Notes: generated from the letters alone by a model not told the origin. Counted from the first letter of the stretch, positions 41,422-50,367 are shown. The stretch is 64,000 nucleotides of DNA from Candidatus Saccharimonadales bacterium (GCA_041751215.1 JBGSXW010000002.1:67123-131122), one strand, 5' to 3'. Numbers and translations are program-made.

Positions 41422-42279
41422 CTAAAGATATTCTTGCATGTCGCTAGGCACGTCTGCAACAAACTCTTGATCTTTTCCCGATGGCATTTTTAACGACAAT
41501 CTATGGGCATGCAGCAAAATTCGACCGTTTAGGTCAACTTCGGAGCCGTATAGAACGTCGCCAATAATCGGCGCTCCTAGGTTTGCTAAGTGAACTCGAA
41601 TTTGATGAGTGCGACCGGTTTCTGGCTGGCATTCTGCTAGGCTTGCGTCTTCGTTTCGTTTTAGCACCTTAACGTTTGTTACGGCGGGCTTGCCGTTAGC
41701 ACCAACTCTGAAGGTCTGGGGTTTTTTGGGGTTTCTCTCGATTGGCCATTCTAATCTATAGGCGCTGTTATCGAGTTCTGCGTTAACAACGGCGAGGTAT
41801 GTTTTGGTCGCTTTGCGATCAGCAAATTGCTTTTGCAAGTGAGTCATGGCAGATTGATTTTTAGCACAAACAATTAAACCCGAGGTCACTCTGTCTAGTC
41901 TATGAACTATCCCCGCTCGATTTGAGTCACTTCCTTTCCACCACTTTGCTATTAAGTCTGCAACGGTCTGCTCGTTGTTAAGAGCACCTTTGCTGTGTGT
42001 CAACATGCCAGACGGCTTGTTAAAAACAATTAAATCGTCATCTTCGTAGACAGTTGGAACATCGAATTCTTGATACTCTCGCTCTGGAAGCTTTACCGAA
42101 ACTACATCGGCATTGCTTAGCTGGGTTTTGTTGTCTGCTGGCTGGTCGTTTATAAGCACGTATCCGTCCGCAATCAGCTTCTGCCAGCGACTGCGACTAA
42201 TTGCGGGGTCATTTTTAGCCAGCCATTGATCTAGTCGCTGACCGCTATTGTCTTCTGAGATGGTATAGAGCTTTTCCAT
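41422..42279 (-). CDS. rluD: RluA/RluD-family pseudouridine synthase
   Basis: S4-like N-terminus and the HRLDRVTSGL catalytic motif. ATG 42279 preferred over TTG 42309. Confidence 0.8.
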   Translation of the reverse strand: MEKLYTISEDNSGQRLDQWLAKNDPAISRSRWQKLIADGYVLINDQPADNKTQLSNADVVSVKLPEREYQEFDVPTVYEDDDLIVFNKPSGMLTHSKGALNNEQTVADLIAKWWKGSDSNRAGIVHRLDRVTSGLIVCAKNQSAMTHLQKQFADRKATKTYLAVVNAELDNSAYRLEWPIERNPKKPQTFRVGANGKPAVTNVKVLKRNEDASLAECQPETGRTHQIRVHLANLGAPIIGDVLYGSEVDLNGRILLHAHRLSLKMPSGKDQEFVADVPSDMQEYL

Positions 42280-42289
42280 TACTTCTGCG

Positions 42290-43324
42290 CTAAAGTGGTC
42301 GAAGGCCAACAGCTTTTTGGACCTTGTTTAAGATTGCAGTGGCGGTTTTGTTCATTTGCGCCTCTGAACTGCCGAGTTTATCGTTAATTTTTGACTCATC
42401 AACGCCCTGCAGGTTTTCCTGAAACTTGGTGAGGAATTCTTTAACGGTGGTTGCCACGCGTTCTTTGAGCGGACCGTACTGTGTTTGTCCATCGAACTCT
42501 TGAACAATCTCATCGGTTGATTTTGATTCGAGCAATGCCAAAATTTGCATCAGGTTACTGATGCCGGGCTGGTTAGTTTCATCGTAAGCGATTTTGCTTA
42601 AACTGTCAGTAGTAGCGGACATGACTTTTTGAGCCGCCACAGCAGGATCGTCGGCTAAAAATATCACCCCTTTTCCAGATTCGTCAGACTTGCTCATCTT
42701 CTTGGTCGGTTCGACTAGATCTTTAATTCTGAGTCCTTGATCCTTGCCAAAGAAGGAATGCTGTTCTGCTACTGACTTAGGAACTACAAACAGATCTCCG
42801 AACTGATTGTTGAGTCGTTGCGCAATGTCGCGGGTGTATTCAATGTGCTGAGATTGATCGTCTCCTACTGGTACGTACTCGGCTCCGTAAAGCAAAATAT
42901 CGGCGGCCATTAGCACAGGGTAGTTGAACAGACCAACACTAATTCGGTCGTCGCCTAATTTTGCAACCTTATCCTTGTACTGAGTCATTCGGCTCATCTC
43001 GCCAACACCGGTAAAACAATCTAGGATCCATGTTAGCTCGCTATGAGCCGAGACATAGCTTTGTCGGTAGATGTGGACATCTGCGTGTTCAAGCGGCAAG
43101 CCAGCTGCGACAAATACCCTTAAATTGTGCATGATTTGCGACTGAAGCTGTTTGTGATCGATCGGCGTAGTAAAACTATGTAGATCAGGCACAAATAAGT
43201 TGACTTGATAATCTTCAGCCTTAGAGTTGGCCATATCCACTAATGGCAAAAGTGCGCCAAAGTAATTACCTAATTGCAGGTCGTTATTAGCTCTCAGGCC
43301 AGTAAGAATTACGGGTTTTGACAT
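42290..43324 (-). CDS. trpS: tryptophanyl-tRNA synthetase
   Basis: ILTGLRANNDLQLGNYFGA N-terminus and KKMSKSD. Confidence 0.85.
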   Translation of the reverse strand: MSKPVILTGLRANNDLQLGNYFGALLPLVDMANSKAEDYQVNLFVPDLHSFTTPIDHKQLQSQIMHNLRVFVAAGLPLEHADVHIYRQSYVSAHSELTWILDCFTGVGEMSRMTQYKDKVAKLGDDRISVGLFNYPVLMAADILLYGAEYVPVGDDQSQHIEYTRDIAQRLNNQFGDLFVVPKSVAEQHSFFGKDQGLRIKDLVEPTKKMSKSDESGKGVIFLADDPAVAAQKVMSATTDSLSKIAYDETNQPGISNLMQILALLESKSTDEIVQEFDGQTQYGPLKERVATTVKEFLTKFQENLQGVDESKINDKLGSSEAQMNKTATAILNKVQKAVGLRPL

Positions 43325-43343
43325 AAGTTAACTCCATTATAGC

Positions 43344-43562
43344 CTATTCTTCTTCAACCCGCCTGTATACCGCCTGACCCCAAGCGACCGATTGCACGAT
43401 AAATCCTCTCTCTGCCATTACGGCGATATCTTGCTCGTCAAAGGTGCCTGTTGCTTCCTCCGAAACCAGTTCAAGTTTTGACTCGGCTTGTAGCTGCGGC
43501 AATACATCTAGCCCCATTATATCGGGACACTTGCTGGTAGTTATTGGTTCTCGTTCTGACAT
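43344..43562 (-). CDS. hypothetical acidic protein (72 aa), first ORF of the trpS operon
   Basis: AAGGAG SD before the ATG at 43562. Confidence 0.5.
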   Translation of the reverse strand: MSEREPITTSKCPDIMGLDVLPQLQAESKLELVSEEATGTFDEQDIAVMAERGFIVQSVAWGQAVYRRVEEE

Positions 43563-43592
43563 GTTCTCTCCTTATGTATCTAAAATCGTATT

Positions 43593-43618
43593 AAAAAACC
43601 CGCTCTGGGCGGGTTTTT
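43593..43618 (-). terminator. rho-independent terminator (segments 3:4 of the candidate attenuator)
   Basis: Minus strand AAAAACCCGC-CCAGA-GCGGGUUUUUU. Confidence 0.75.
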
Positions 43619-43656
43619 AAGTTCATGCTGCTTATTTTAAATCAACAAAAATCCCG

Positions 43657-43713
43657 CTAAGGTCGTGTGCGGGCAAACCATGCGTAGTATTTGTTGGTTT
43701 CTCTTGAAATCAT
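43657..43713 (-). CDS. candidate 18-codon leader peptide
   Basis: AUG 43713, MISRETNKYYAWFARTRP, UAG 43659-43657. The stop overlaps hairpin segment 2. No SD, so possibly leaderless. Confidence 0.3.
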   Translation of the reverse strand: MISRETNKYYAWFARTRP

Positions 43714-43721
43714 ATTAGAAG

Positions 43722-43750
43722 ATAATAAGCCCAAGACTTGATCATGTCAA
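43722..43750 (-). promoter_or_regulatory. sigma70-like promoter immediately downstream of rpsI
   Basis: Minus strand: TTGACA (43750-43745), 17 nt, TATTAT (43727-43722). Confidence 0.5.
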
Positions 43751-43757
43751 CGCAATA

Positions 43758-44162
43758 TTAACGCTTGGTGTATTGTTCGGCTTTGCGGGCGCGCTTAAGG
43801 CCGTACTTCTTGCGTTCTTTTTCTCTAGGATCACGCTTGAGCAGCCCAGCTTTTTTAAGGGTTCCACGTGCGTCCTCGTTAAGACCTGACAGGGCCTTGC
43901 TGATCGCAAGCGTGCAGGCATCAACCTGTCCTCTTAGGCCACCGCCTTCAACTTTAAGGCTGATGTCGTATGCCTTAGTCTTTTCAAGCAATTGTAACGG
44001 TCGCTGCAATTCGTGTAGTAGTTTGCCGCTATCAGCTAGGTATTCGGCAGCTGGCTTTTCGTTTATGGTGATATTGCCTTTGCCGCTGCTGTAAAGTCGG
44101 GCGCGAGCAGTTGCAGCTTTTCTGCGACCTAGACCGTAGTGATACTGAGCTTTGGTGGCCAT
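43758..44162 (-). CDS. rpsI: 30S ribosomal protein S9
   Basis: C-terminus ...RKKYGLKRARKAEQYTKR; follows rplM. Confidence 0.95.
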   Translation of the reverse strand: MATKAQYHYGLGRRKAATARARLYSSGKGNITINEKPAAEYLADSGKLLHELQRPLQLLEKTKAYDISLKVEGGGLRGQVDACTLAISKALSGLNEDARGTLKKAGLLKRDPREKERKKYGLKRARKAEQYTKR

Positions 44163-44164
44163 AG

Positions 44165-44608
44165 TTATTTCTCCTGTCCGGTTAAGTCAATGACAATAGG
44201 CTGCTGGGCAATGTGAGGGTGGTTCTCGCCGGTGAACACCTTGAGACGCGCTTGTCGTCCGTCTTGGAGTTTGTTCTTAGGGAGCATGCCCTTTACGGCT
44301 GCCTCTAGAACGCTGTTGGAGTCTCGCAAGATTTTATCCGATAGTGTCTCATCTTTTAGGCTTCCTGGTCGTCCGCTGTGAGAGTAGTAGTGCTTTTGCT
44401 CGGCTTTGCGACCAGTAACGTTGACCTTGGAGCTGTTAATGATAATTACAAAGTCTCCACTATCGATATGTGGTGTGTAGTCTGGGCGGTGCTTTCCGAT
44501 TAGGTGGTTGGCGGCTGCAGTTGCGACACGTCCAAGCGGAGCCTGAGAAGCATCAATTACTACCCAGTCTCGCTTTACGTCACCTTGTTTTAAGCTAAAG
44601 GTTTTCAT
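44165..44608 (-). CDS. rplM: 50S ribosomal protein L13
   Basis: WVVIDASQAPLGRVAT... Confidence 0.95.
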   Translation of the reverse strand: MKTFSLKQGDVKRDWVVIDASQAPLGRVATAAANHLIGKHRPDYTPHIDSGDFVIIINSSKVNVTGRKAEQKHYYSHSGRPGSLKDETLSDKILRDSNSVLEAAVKGMLPKNKLQDGRQARLKVFTGENHPHIAQQPIVIDLTGQEK

Positions 44609-45081
44609 TTCTTTGCTCCAGTCTTAGGCTTGGCTGCCGGCTTTTTGGCCGCTGTCTTAGCAGGCGCCTTCTTGGCGGGGGCAGCCTTTGGCTTAGTGGT
44701 TTTAGGAGCAGCTACCGGTACGGATAAATCATCCACAAACTCTACTCGTGCTAGCTGAGCGTTGTCGCCACGTCTTAAGCTTGTTTTAACAATACGCAAA
44801 TGTCCGCTGGTTCGCTTGGTTTTAGGTACAATCTCATCTACGAGCTTATGGCCAGCAGCAACAGTATCAAGACCTGAAATTACTTTTCGTCGAGAGTGCA
44901 AGCCGCCCTTTTTAGCTTGAGTGATCAGTTTCTCTGCGTAAGGAACTACGACTTTAGCTTTTGGCAAAGTTGTTTCAATATGTCCTTCAACAACTAAAGA
45001 AGTTGCTAGGCCACGAACCAGCAAGCGTCGCTGATCGCGTTCTCGTCCTAGTTTCTTTCCTTCGTAGCCGTGCCGATGCAT
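44605..45081 (-). CDS. rplQ: 50S ribosomal protein L17 with Lys/Ala/Pro-rich C-terminal tail
   Basis: MHRHGYEGKKLGR...; tail AAPKTTKPKAAPAKKAPAKTAAKKPAAKPKTGAKK. Confidence 0.9.
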   Translation of the reverse strand: MHRHGYEGKKLGRERDQRRLLVRGLATSLVVEGHIETTLPKAKVVVPYAEKLITQAKKGGLHSRRKVISGLDTVAAGHKLVDEIVPKTKRTSGHLRIVKTSLRRGDNAQLARVEFVDDLSVPVAAPKTTKPKAAPAKKAPAKTAAKKPAAKPKTGAKK

Positions 45082-45084
45082 AGT

Positions 45085-46014
45085 TTAAAGCTCCAGCTCC
45101 ACCATCTTGTCTTTAACTTCGTCTAGAGCTTTTGCGCCGAATCCCTTTAGTTCGCGAAGTTCGGTGTCGCCTAATGTAACCAAGTCTTTGATGGTATTGA
45201 TATCGTTGTTAATTAGCGCGTTTGTTGTACGAGCAGATAAGTTGAGGTCTTCGATGGGGGTCATCAACTCAGGTGGTTCTTCCCCGTCTTCCTCTTCTTG
45301 TACGCCGAGCGGTGCAGCTGCCTGTACGCGAGTTTGGCCAGCTAGGGCTGTGTATTGATTGATCAAGATAGCTGAGGCTTCTTCAAACGCTTCTTTAGGA
45401 GAGATGCTGCCGTCGGTATCAACTGTCAGGCTAAGCTTATCAAGGTCGGTTATCTGTCCGACACGAGTGTCAGAAACTTTGTATCGAACTCGTTCTACAG
45501 GACTAAACAAAGCATCAACTGCAATCATGTCTGATGCTTGTCGCTTTGCACTTTCATCGACTGTGCGGTATCCACGTCCGGTCTCAACCACAATATCCAT
45601 AATGATTTCGGTCTTCGGATCATCGATGGTGGCAATCTGTTGATCGGCGTTAACTACTTCAACGTCGGCATTGGTAGTAATATCCTTGGCTGTAATTTTG
45701 CCTTTGCCCTTTTTAACTAAGCGAAGAGTTTGCGGCTCGTCACTGTAAACCTTGAAGTGAGTTCGCTTAAGATTAAGCATGATGTCTACAACATCTTCTT
45801 TAACACCAGGAATTGTTGTGAATTCGTGGGTTGCTCCCTCAATTCGGAAGCTAGTTACTGCGGCACCGCCGATGCTCGAAAGCAATACTCTTCGCAGAGA
45901 ATTACCAAGGGTCATCCCGTATCCAGTGTGCAATGGCTCGATCACAAATGTCGCGCTCGTTGCCGAGTGCTCATCAATGTTCGCGAGTTGTGGTGTGTGG
46001 ATGGCTTTTGTCAT
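45085..46014 (-). CDS. rpoA: DNA-directed RNA polymerase alpha subunit
   Basis: FVIEPLHTGYGMTLGNSLRRVLLSS and a C-terminal domain with LNLSARTTNAL. Confidence 0.95.
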   Translation of the reverse strand: MTKAIHTPQLANIDEHSATSATFVIEPLHTGYGMTLGNSLRRVLLSSIGGAAVTSFRIEGATHEFTTIPGVKEDVVDIMLNLKRTHFKVYSDEPQTLRLVKKGKGKITAKDITTNADVEVVNADQQIATIDDPKTEIIMDIVVETGRGYRTVDESAKRQASDMIAVDALFSPVERVRYKVSDTRVGQITDLDKLSLTVDTDGSISPKEAFEEASAILINQYTALAGQTRVQAAAPLGVQEEEDGEEPPELMTPIEDLNLSARTTNALINNDINTIKDLVTLGDTELRELKGFGAKALDEVKDKMVELEL

Positions 46015-46035
46015 TATAATTCTCCTTCTTTGATC

Positions 46036-46656
46036 TTAACGTGAGTAGTACTCGACGATTAGCTGTTCATTAATTTCTGGTTCAGCCTCTTCGCGACTTG
46101 GCTTACCGGTGATAGTTATCTCAAACTTTTTGCGATCTACTTTTAGCCAACTTGGCACTGGGTTATCTCCGGCAACTAAATCGTCGATGTGCTTGAAGTA
46201 GTCGTTCTGGATACTTTTGTCTCGCAGTTGGATCACGTCGCCTGGTTTCACTTGGATGGATGGAATATCTACTCGCTTACCATTTAGTAAAAAGTGTCCG
46301 TGGGTTGTTAGCTGTCTTGATGCGCGGCGGCTAGTAGCTAGGTTGGCGCGGTAAACTGCATTGTCTAAGCGCATCTCAAGCAGAACAAGCAGGTTTTCAC
46401 CGGTTTGACCAGGCTGTCTGGTTGCTGTTTTCATAAGGTTTCTAAACGGCTTTTCTAGTAAACCGTAGAGTCTACGAACCTTTTGCTTTTCGCGCAGCTG
46501 AATAGCGTACTGACTCTGCTTTGGTTGACGACGAGCTTGAGCGGCCTGCTGTCCTGGAGCGCTGGTGCGCTTCATCATGATTTTGTGAGCCTTTGGATGC
46601 AAGGCATAGCCTTCGCGTCGACTCTGTTTGGTGATTGGTGATAAATCTCTTGCCAT
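46036..46656 (-). CDS. rpsD: 30S ribosomal protein S4
   Basis: S4 domain LEMRLDNAVYR. Confidence 0.95.
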   Translation of the reverse strand: MARDLSPITKQSRREGYALHPKAHKIMMKRTSAPGQQAAQARRQPKQSQYAIQLREKQKVRRLYGLLEKPFRNLMKTATRQPGQTGENLLVLLEMRLDNAVYRANLATSRRASRQLTTHGHFLLNGKRVDIPSIQVKPGDVIQLRDKSIQNDYFKHIDDLVAGDNPVPSWLKVDRKKFEITITGKPSREEAEPEINEQLIVEYYSR

Positions 46657-46671
46657 AATAATTACCTAACC

Positions 46672-47076
46672 TTACGGTTTACGTGGTCCTCGTGGTCTTA
46701 CTCCTCCGTGTGGAACTGAAGTAACGTCTCTAATAGAATCAACTCCGATATCAACATTCTGCATAGCTCTAATAGCTGCGTCTCTGCCTAGCCCAATTCC
46801 TTTAACGTAAACATCGACTCGGCTAAGGTTGTGGTTCTGCTTAGCGGTGCTCAGGGCCTTTTCGCTAGCAATCTGAGCTGCGTAAGCTGTTCCCTTTTTA
46901 GATCCTCTAAATCCACAGGCACCGGCGCTAGATGCTATTAAAACAGCTCCTTGCTTGTCGGTTACTGTAATAATCGTGTTGTTGAACGTCGCCTGGATAT
47001 GAACCTGCCCTGAAGGAACGCTACGCTTAGCTTTCTTCTTGCGAGAGGATGTAACTGGTTTTGTTGCTTCTGCCAT
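46672..47076 (-). CDS. rpsK: 30S ribosomal protein S11
   Basis: VHIQATFNNTIITVTD. ATG 47076 preferred over TTG 47082. Confidence 0.95.
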   Translation of the reverse strand: MAEATKPVTSSRKKKAKRSVPSGQVHIQATFNNTIITVTDKQGAVLIASSAGACGFRGSKKGTAYAAQIASEKALSTAKQNHNLSRVDVYVKGIGLGRDAAIRAMQNVDIGVDSIRDVTSVPHGGVRPRGPRKP

Positions 47077-47088
47077 CTTCAATTACTC

Positions 47089-47475
47089 CTAGGTCTTAGT
47101 TGCTGCTTTAGGTTTGACACCACCGATTGCAACTCTGCGTCCTCGTCTGGTCCGGCCGTTGGTTTTAGTTCGCTGGCCTCTGGATGGTAATCCGGCTTTA
47201 TGGCGTGATCCTCGGTATGAGTTAATCTCTTTAAGTCGCTTAATGTTAGTGGAAACAACGCGTTGAAGTTCTCCTTCAACTGTGTAGCTACCACTAATTT
47301 CGTCGCGGATCTTGGTGAGCTCTTGCTCGGCTAGGTCCTTTGTTCTAACAGTCGGATCGATTTTACAAGCTGCCAAGATCTTGGCGCTACTTGTTGGGCC
47401 AATGCCGTAAACGTAAGTCAATGCGTGACCGATTTGTTTATCTGAGGGAATAGTAATACCAGCTATTCGCGCCAT
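47089..47475 (-). CDS. rpsM: 30S ribosomal protein S13
   Basis: MARIAGITIPSDKQ... Confidence 0.95.
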   Translation of the reverse strand: MARIAGITIPSDKQIGHALTYVYGIGPTSSAKILAACKIDPTVRTKDLAEQELTKIRDEISGSYTVEGELQRVVSTNIKRLKEINSYRGSRHKAGLPSRGQRTKTNGRTRRGRRVAIGGVKPKAATKT

Positions 47476-47477
47476 GA

Positions 47478-47594
47478 TTAACCTTGCCTCTGCTTATGTC
47501 GGGGCTTTTTCTTATTAATCACATAAAGCCGCCCCTTGCGGCGGACAATTTGATCGTCTGGACTAATTTTCTTTACGCTAGCGCGTACTTTCAC
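47478..47594 (-). CDS. rpmJ: 50S ribosomal protein L36 (Cys-free form), GTG start
   Basis: Hand translation [38 protein letters not shown] after GAGGAG. Too short for the ORF track. Confidence 0.85.
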   Translation of the reverse strand: MKVRASVKKISPDDQIVRRKGRLYVINKKKPRHKQRQG

Positions 47595-47618
47595 GGTGTG
47601 CTCCTCGCTTAATTACCG

Positions 47619-47837
47619 TTAATGGCGATAGGTGATTCTGCCCTTCGTAAGATCGTACGGGGTCAACTCAACCGTAACGCTGTCACCAGGTACGATGCGG
47701 ATATAGTGCTTCCTCATCTTACCGGCAACGTGTGCTATGATCTGATGTCCGTTTTCGAGCTCGACCTTAAACCGGGCGCCTGGTAGCGTCTCGGCAATGG
47801 TACCTTTCAGCTCAATTACTTCTTTCAATCCAGCCAT
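47619..47837 (-). CDS. infA: translation initiation factor IF-1
   Basis: [41 protein letters not shown]. Confidence 0.95.
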   Translation of the reverse strand: MAGLKEVIELKGTIAETLPGARFKVELENGHQIIAHVAGKMRKHYIRIVPGDSVTVELTPYDLTKGRITYRH

Positions 47838-47852
47838 GAGTCACGATCCAAA

Positions 47853-47881
47853 ATTATACCTGAACGACCACTGTATGTAAA
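47853..47881 (-). promoter_or_regulatory. consensus-like sigma70 promoter for infA-rpmJ-rpsM...
   Basis: Minus strand: TTTACA (47881-47876), 17 nt, TATAAT (47858-47853). Confidence 0.55.
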
Positions 47882-47910
47882 GGGTTTTTATAGATGTAGG
47901 CATCGTTAAG

Positions 47911-49326
47911 CTATTGATCGCCGTCATAAGTAACCATTAAAGCCCGGGATTCAACCTTGCGAAGCGTCTCAATTGCAACCGAAACAGTAATCAAAAGACC
48001 GGTTCCACCGATGGTGAGCTGACTGGAGATTGGCGTGCCAAATATGTTAATAACAACTGCGTCGATTAAGAACGGCATGATCGCAAGTAGCCCTAGTGAG
48101 ATCGCCCCAAATAGCGTTAGTCGGTTCACTACTTTTCGCAGGTAGTCCTCGGTTTGCTTGCCGGGTCTGATTCCAGCGATAAATCCGCCTTGTTTCTGTA
48201 GGTTCTCAGCAATTTCCTTAGCGTTAAAAATAATGCTGGTGTAGAAGTAGGTAAATAACACGACTAGCGCAAAGTACACTCCTGGGTATATGAAGCTTGA
48301 GATGTCGGTCGAGGATTTATCGGCAAGCCCGTTTGGATCAAACCAAAGCAATAAGTTCTGTCCAAGATCTGCCATCCACATTGTTGGAGAAGTACTGATT
48401 AGCTGGCCTATAAAGTAAGGAACTGATAGCAGCGCGACGGCAAAGATAATCGGGATAACACCGGCAGTTATGAGCTTAACGGGCAAAACAGTGTTGACTC
48501 CGCCATAGGCTCGGTTGCCGCGGACGCGTTTAGCATAGCTTAAAGTAATTGGTCTATGGGCTTCATTTAGCTTAACAACAAAGTATGTGGCGATAATTGC
48601 AACTAAGAGCAACGACAAGACAAACAGAGACCCAGAGCCGCTAATTGGAAGTGTAAACCAACCAAAGACACTTAGGCCTGCGCTACCTCCGGTAACCGTA
48701 CTAATGAGGGTGGAGATAATTGAAGGAAGTTGACTCACGATACCGGCAAAAATAAGTATAGAGATTCCGTTTCCGACCCCTTGTTCGCTCATTACTTCGC
48801 CTAGCCACATTAAGAGCATTGAACCCCCGGTTAGGGCCGAGATCATTAAGATCCACTGCCAGATATCAGCGCCCGCAGTTAGGTCGATTCCGCTAATCTG
48901 GCTGGCCTGCTGGCGGATAAGTAGGATGAATCCAACTGACTGAATGATGGCCAGAGGTAAGGTAAGAATTCTGGTGTACTGAGTAATCTTTCGACGACCG
49001 GCTTCACCCTCTTTGTTAAGGGTTTCTAGCCTTGGTACGGCGTGCGTTAATAGCTGCATGATAATTGAGGCATTAATGTACGGTCCGAGTCCTAGGAGTA
49101 CGATCGAGAAGTTAGACAACGCACCGCCAGATAACAGATCGAGAAAGCCTAGTAATTGCTGGCCTTCAAAAATACTATCGAGCAGCTGCCTTAGCTGGGT
49201 TGGCTCAGCGAGTGGCACAGGAATAAAGGACAGGGCACGGAAAATGATAACAATTAATAGAACCCATAAAATGCGCTTACGCATATCTGGGTTGCTAAAT
49301 GCCTTCCCTATTAGCCGCCAACTCAT
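47911..49326 (-). CDS. secY: preprotein translocase SecY
   Basis: 471 aa with 10 TM helices; lies after rplO. Confidence 0.95.
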   Translation of the reverse strand: MSWRLIGKAFSNPDMRKRILWVLLIVIIFRALSFIPVPLAEPTQLRQLLDSIFEGQQLLGFLDLLSGGALSNFSIVLLGLGPYINASIIMQLLTHAVPRLETLNKEGEAGRRKITQYTRILTLPLAIIQSVGFILLIRQQASQISGIDLTAGADIWQWILMISALTGGSMLLMWLGEVMSEQGVGNGISILIFAGIVSQLPSIISTLISTVTGGSAGLSVFGWFTLPISGSGSLFVLSLLLVAIIATYFVVKLNEAHRPITLSYAKRVRGNRAYGGVNTVLPVKLITAGVIPIIFAVALLSVPYFIGQLISTSPTMWMADLGQNLLLWFDPNGLADKSSTDISSFIYPGVYFALVVLFTYFYTSIIFNAKEIAENLQKQGGFIAGIRPGKQTEDYLRKVVNRLTLFGAISLGLLAIMPFLIDAVVINIFGTPISSQLTIGGTGLLITVSVAIETLRKVESRALMVTYDGDQ

Positions 49327-49367
49327 GGTTTTTAGTATACCCTCCAGTGTTTAAACAGACTAGGCTG

Positions 49368-49841
49368 TTATTTCGTGTCTTTTTTTGCTTTGCTAACTGG
49401 GCGATGTATTCCCACTAGCTTTACGCTTCCGCCCTTGGCTTCGATTGCAGCCTTTGCATTCTTGCTAATACCCTGAACTTCAAGATCGAGCTTCTTAGTA
49501 ACTTCGCCATTTAGGATTACTTTAACTCGGCCGTGAGTACTAGAAATCAGGCCACTTTCGAGTAGCTTAGGTGCATCGATTTTTCCGGACAGGTCATTGA
49601 GCTGAGAGGTGTAAATCGTAAAGGTAGTCGTGCGCTGCAGGGATTTAAATCCACGCTGCTTTGGCAGACGCTGCATCAATGGGTTCTGACCACCTTCAAA
49701 TCCCGGTCGGACTTTTCCGCCGGTACGTGAGCTTTGTCCTTTGGTTCCGCGACCAGCAGTTTTTCCGCCACCAGCAGAAATTCCACGACCAACTCGCTTA
49801 GTGCCGCGATTTGCTTTGACGTTTAGTTTGTTCGGCTTCAT
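49368..49841 (-). CDS. rplO: 50S ribosomal protein L15
   Basis: KRVGRGISAGGGKTAGRGTKGQ. Confidence 0.95.
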   Translation of the reverse strand: MKPNKLNVKANRGTKRVGRGISAGGGKTAGRGTKGQSSRTGGKVRPGFEGGQNPLMQRLPKQRGFKSLQRTTTFTIYTSQLNDLSGKIDAPKLLESGLISSTHGRVKVILNGEVTKKLDLEVQGISKNAKAAIEAKGGSVKLVGIHRPVSKAKKDTK

Positions 49842-50365
49842 TACTTTGCTTCCTTTTTGGTGCTAACTTTGTTCTTTGTAGTTACCCAGTCCTCAGACTT
49901 TGTAAGCTTTGTTAGAGCATCAATGGTAGCGTAGGCATTGTTAATCTTGTTTGAAGATCCAAGAGACTTAGATAGGACGTTGTGTAAGCCCGCAACTTCA
50001 ACGATTGTTCTAACAACTCCACCGGCTATTAGTCCAGTACCTTCGCTGGCAGGCTTTAACAGAACGTGTGCTCCGGACTGTTTTCCTTCACTGTCGTGCG
50101 GGATTGTTCCTTTAGATATCGGAATGTCGATCATGTCTTGCTTGGCAGCAGAAACAGCTTTAGTGATGGCTGTTTGCACATCGGCGCCCTTTGCCACACC
50201 AATTCCGACCCGCCCTTTAGTGTCGCCCACTACTAATAGTGCGCGGAATCTAAAGCGTCGGCCGCCTTTTACAACTCGTGATACGCGGTCGATGCTAACT
50301 ACTTCCTCTCGAAGTGAGGGTTCTGTGCTTTGTTCTGTAAAATCTTTTCTGTTCATATCGGCCAT
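49841..50365 (-). CDS. rpsE: 30S ribosomal protein S5
   Basis: VVSIDRVSRVVKGGRRFRFRALLVVGD. Abuts rplO directly, so there is no L30 gene. Confidence 0.95.
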   Translation of the reverse strand: MADMNRKDFTEQSTEPSLREEVVSIDRVSRVVKGGRRFRFRALLVVGDTKGRVGIGVAKGADVQTAITKAVSAAKQDMIDIPISKGTIPHDSEGKQSGAHVLLKPASEGTGLIAGGVVRTIVEVAGLHNVLSKSLGSSNKINNAYATIDALTKLTKSEDWVTTKNKVSTKKEAK

Positions 50366-50367
50366 AA

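Noticed and set aside
43563-43757. T-box riboswitch upstream of trpS
   Set aside because: No T-box consensus (the ..GGGUGGUACCGCG.. sequence as I recall it) and no specifier-loop architecture are present. The leader is too short. A peptide-mediated attenuator fits better.
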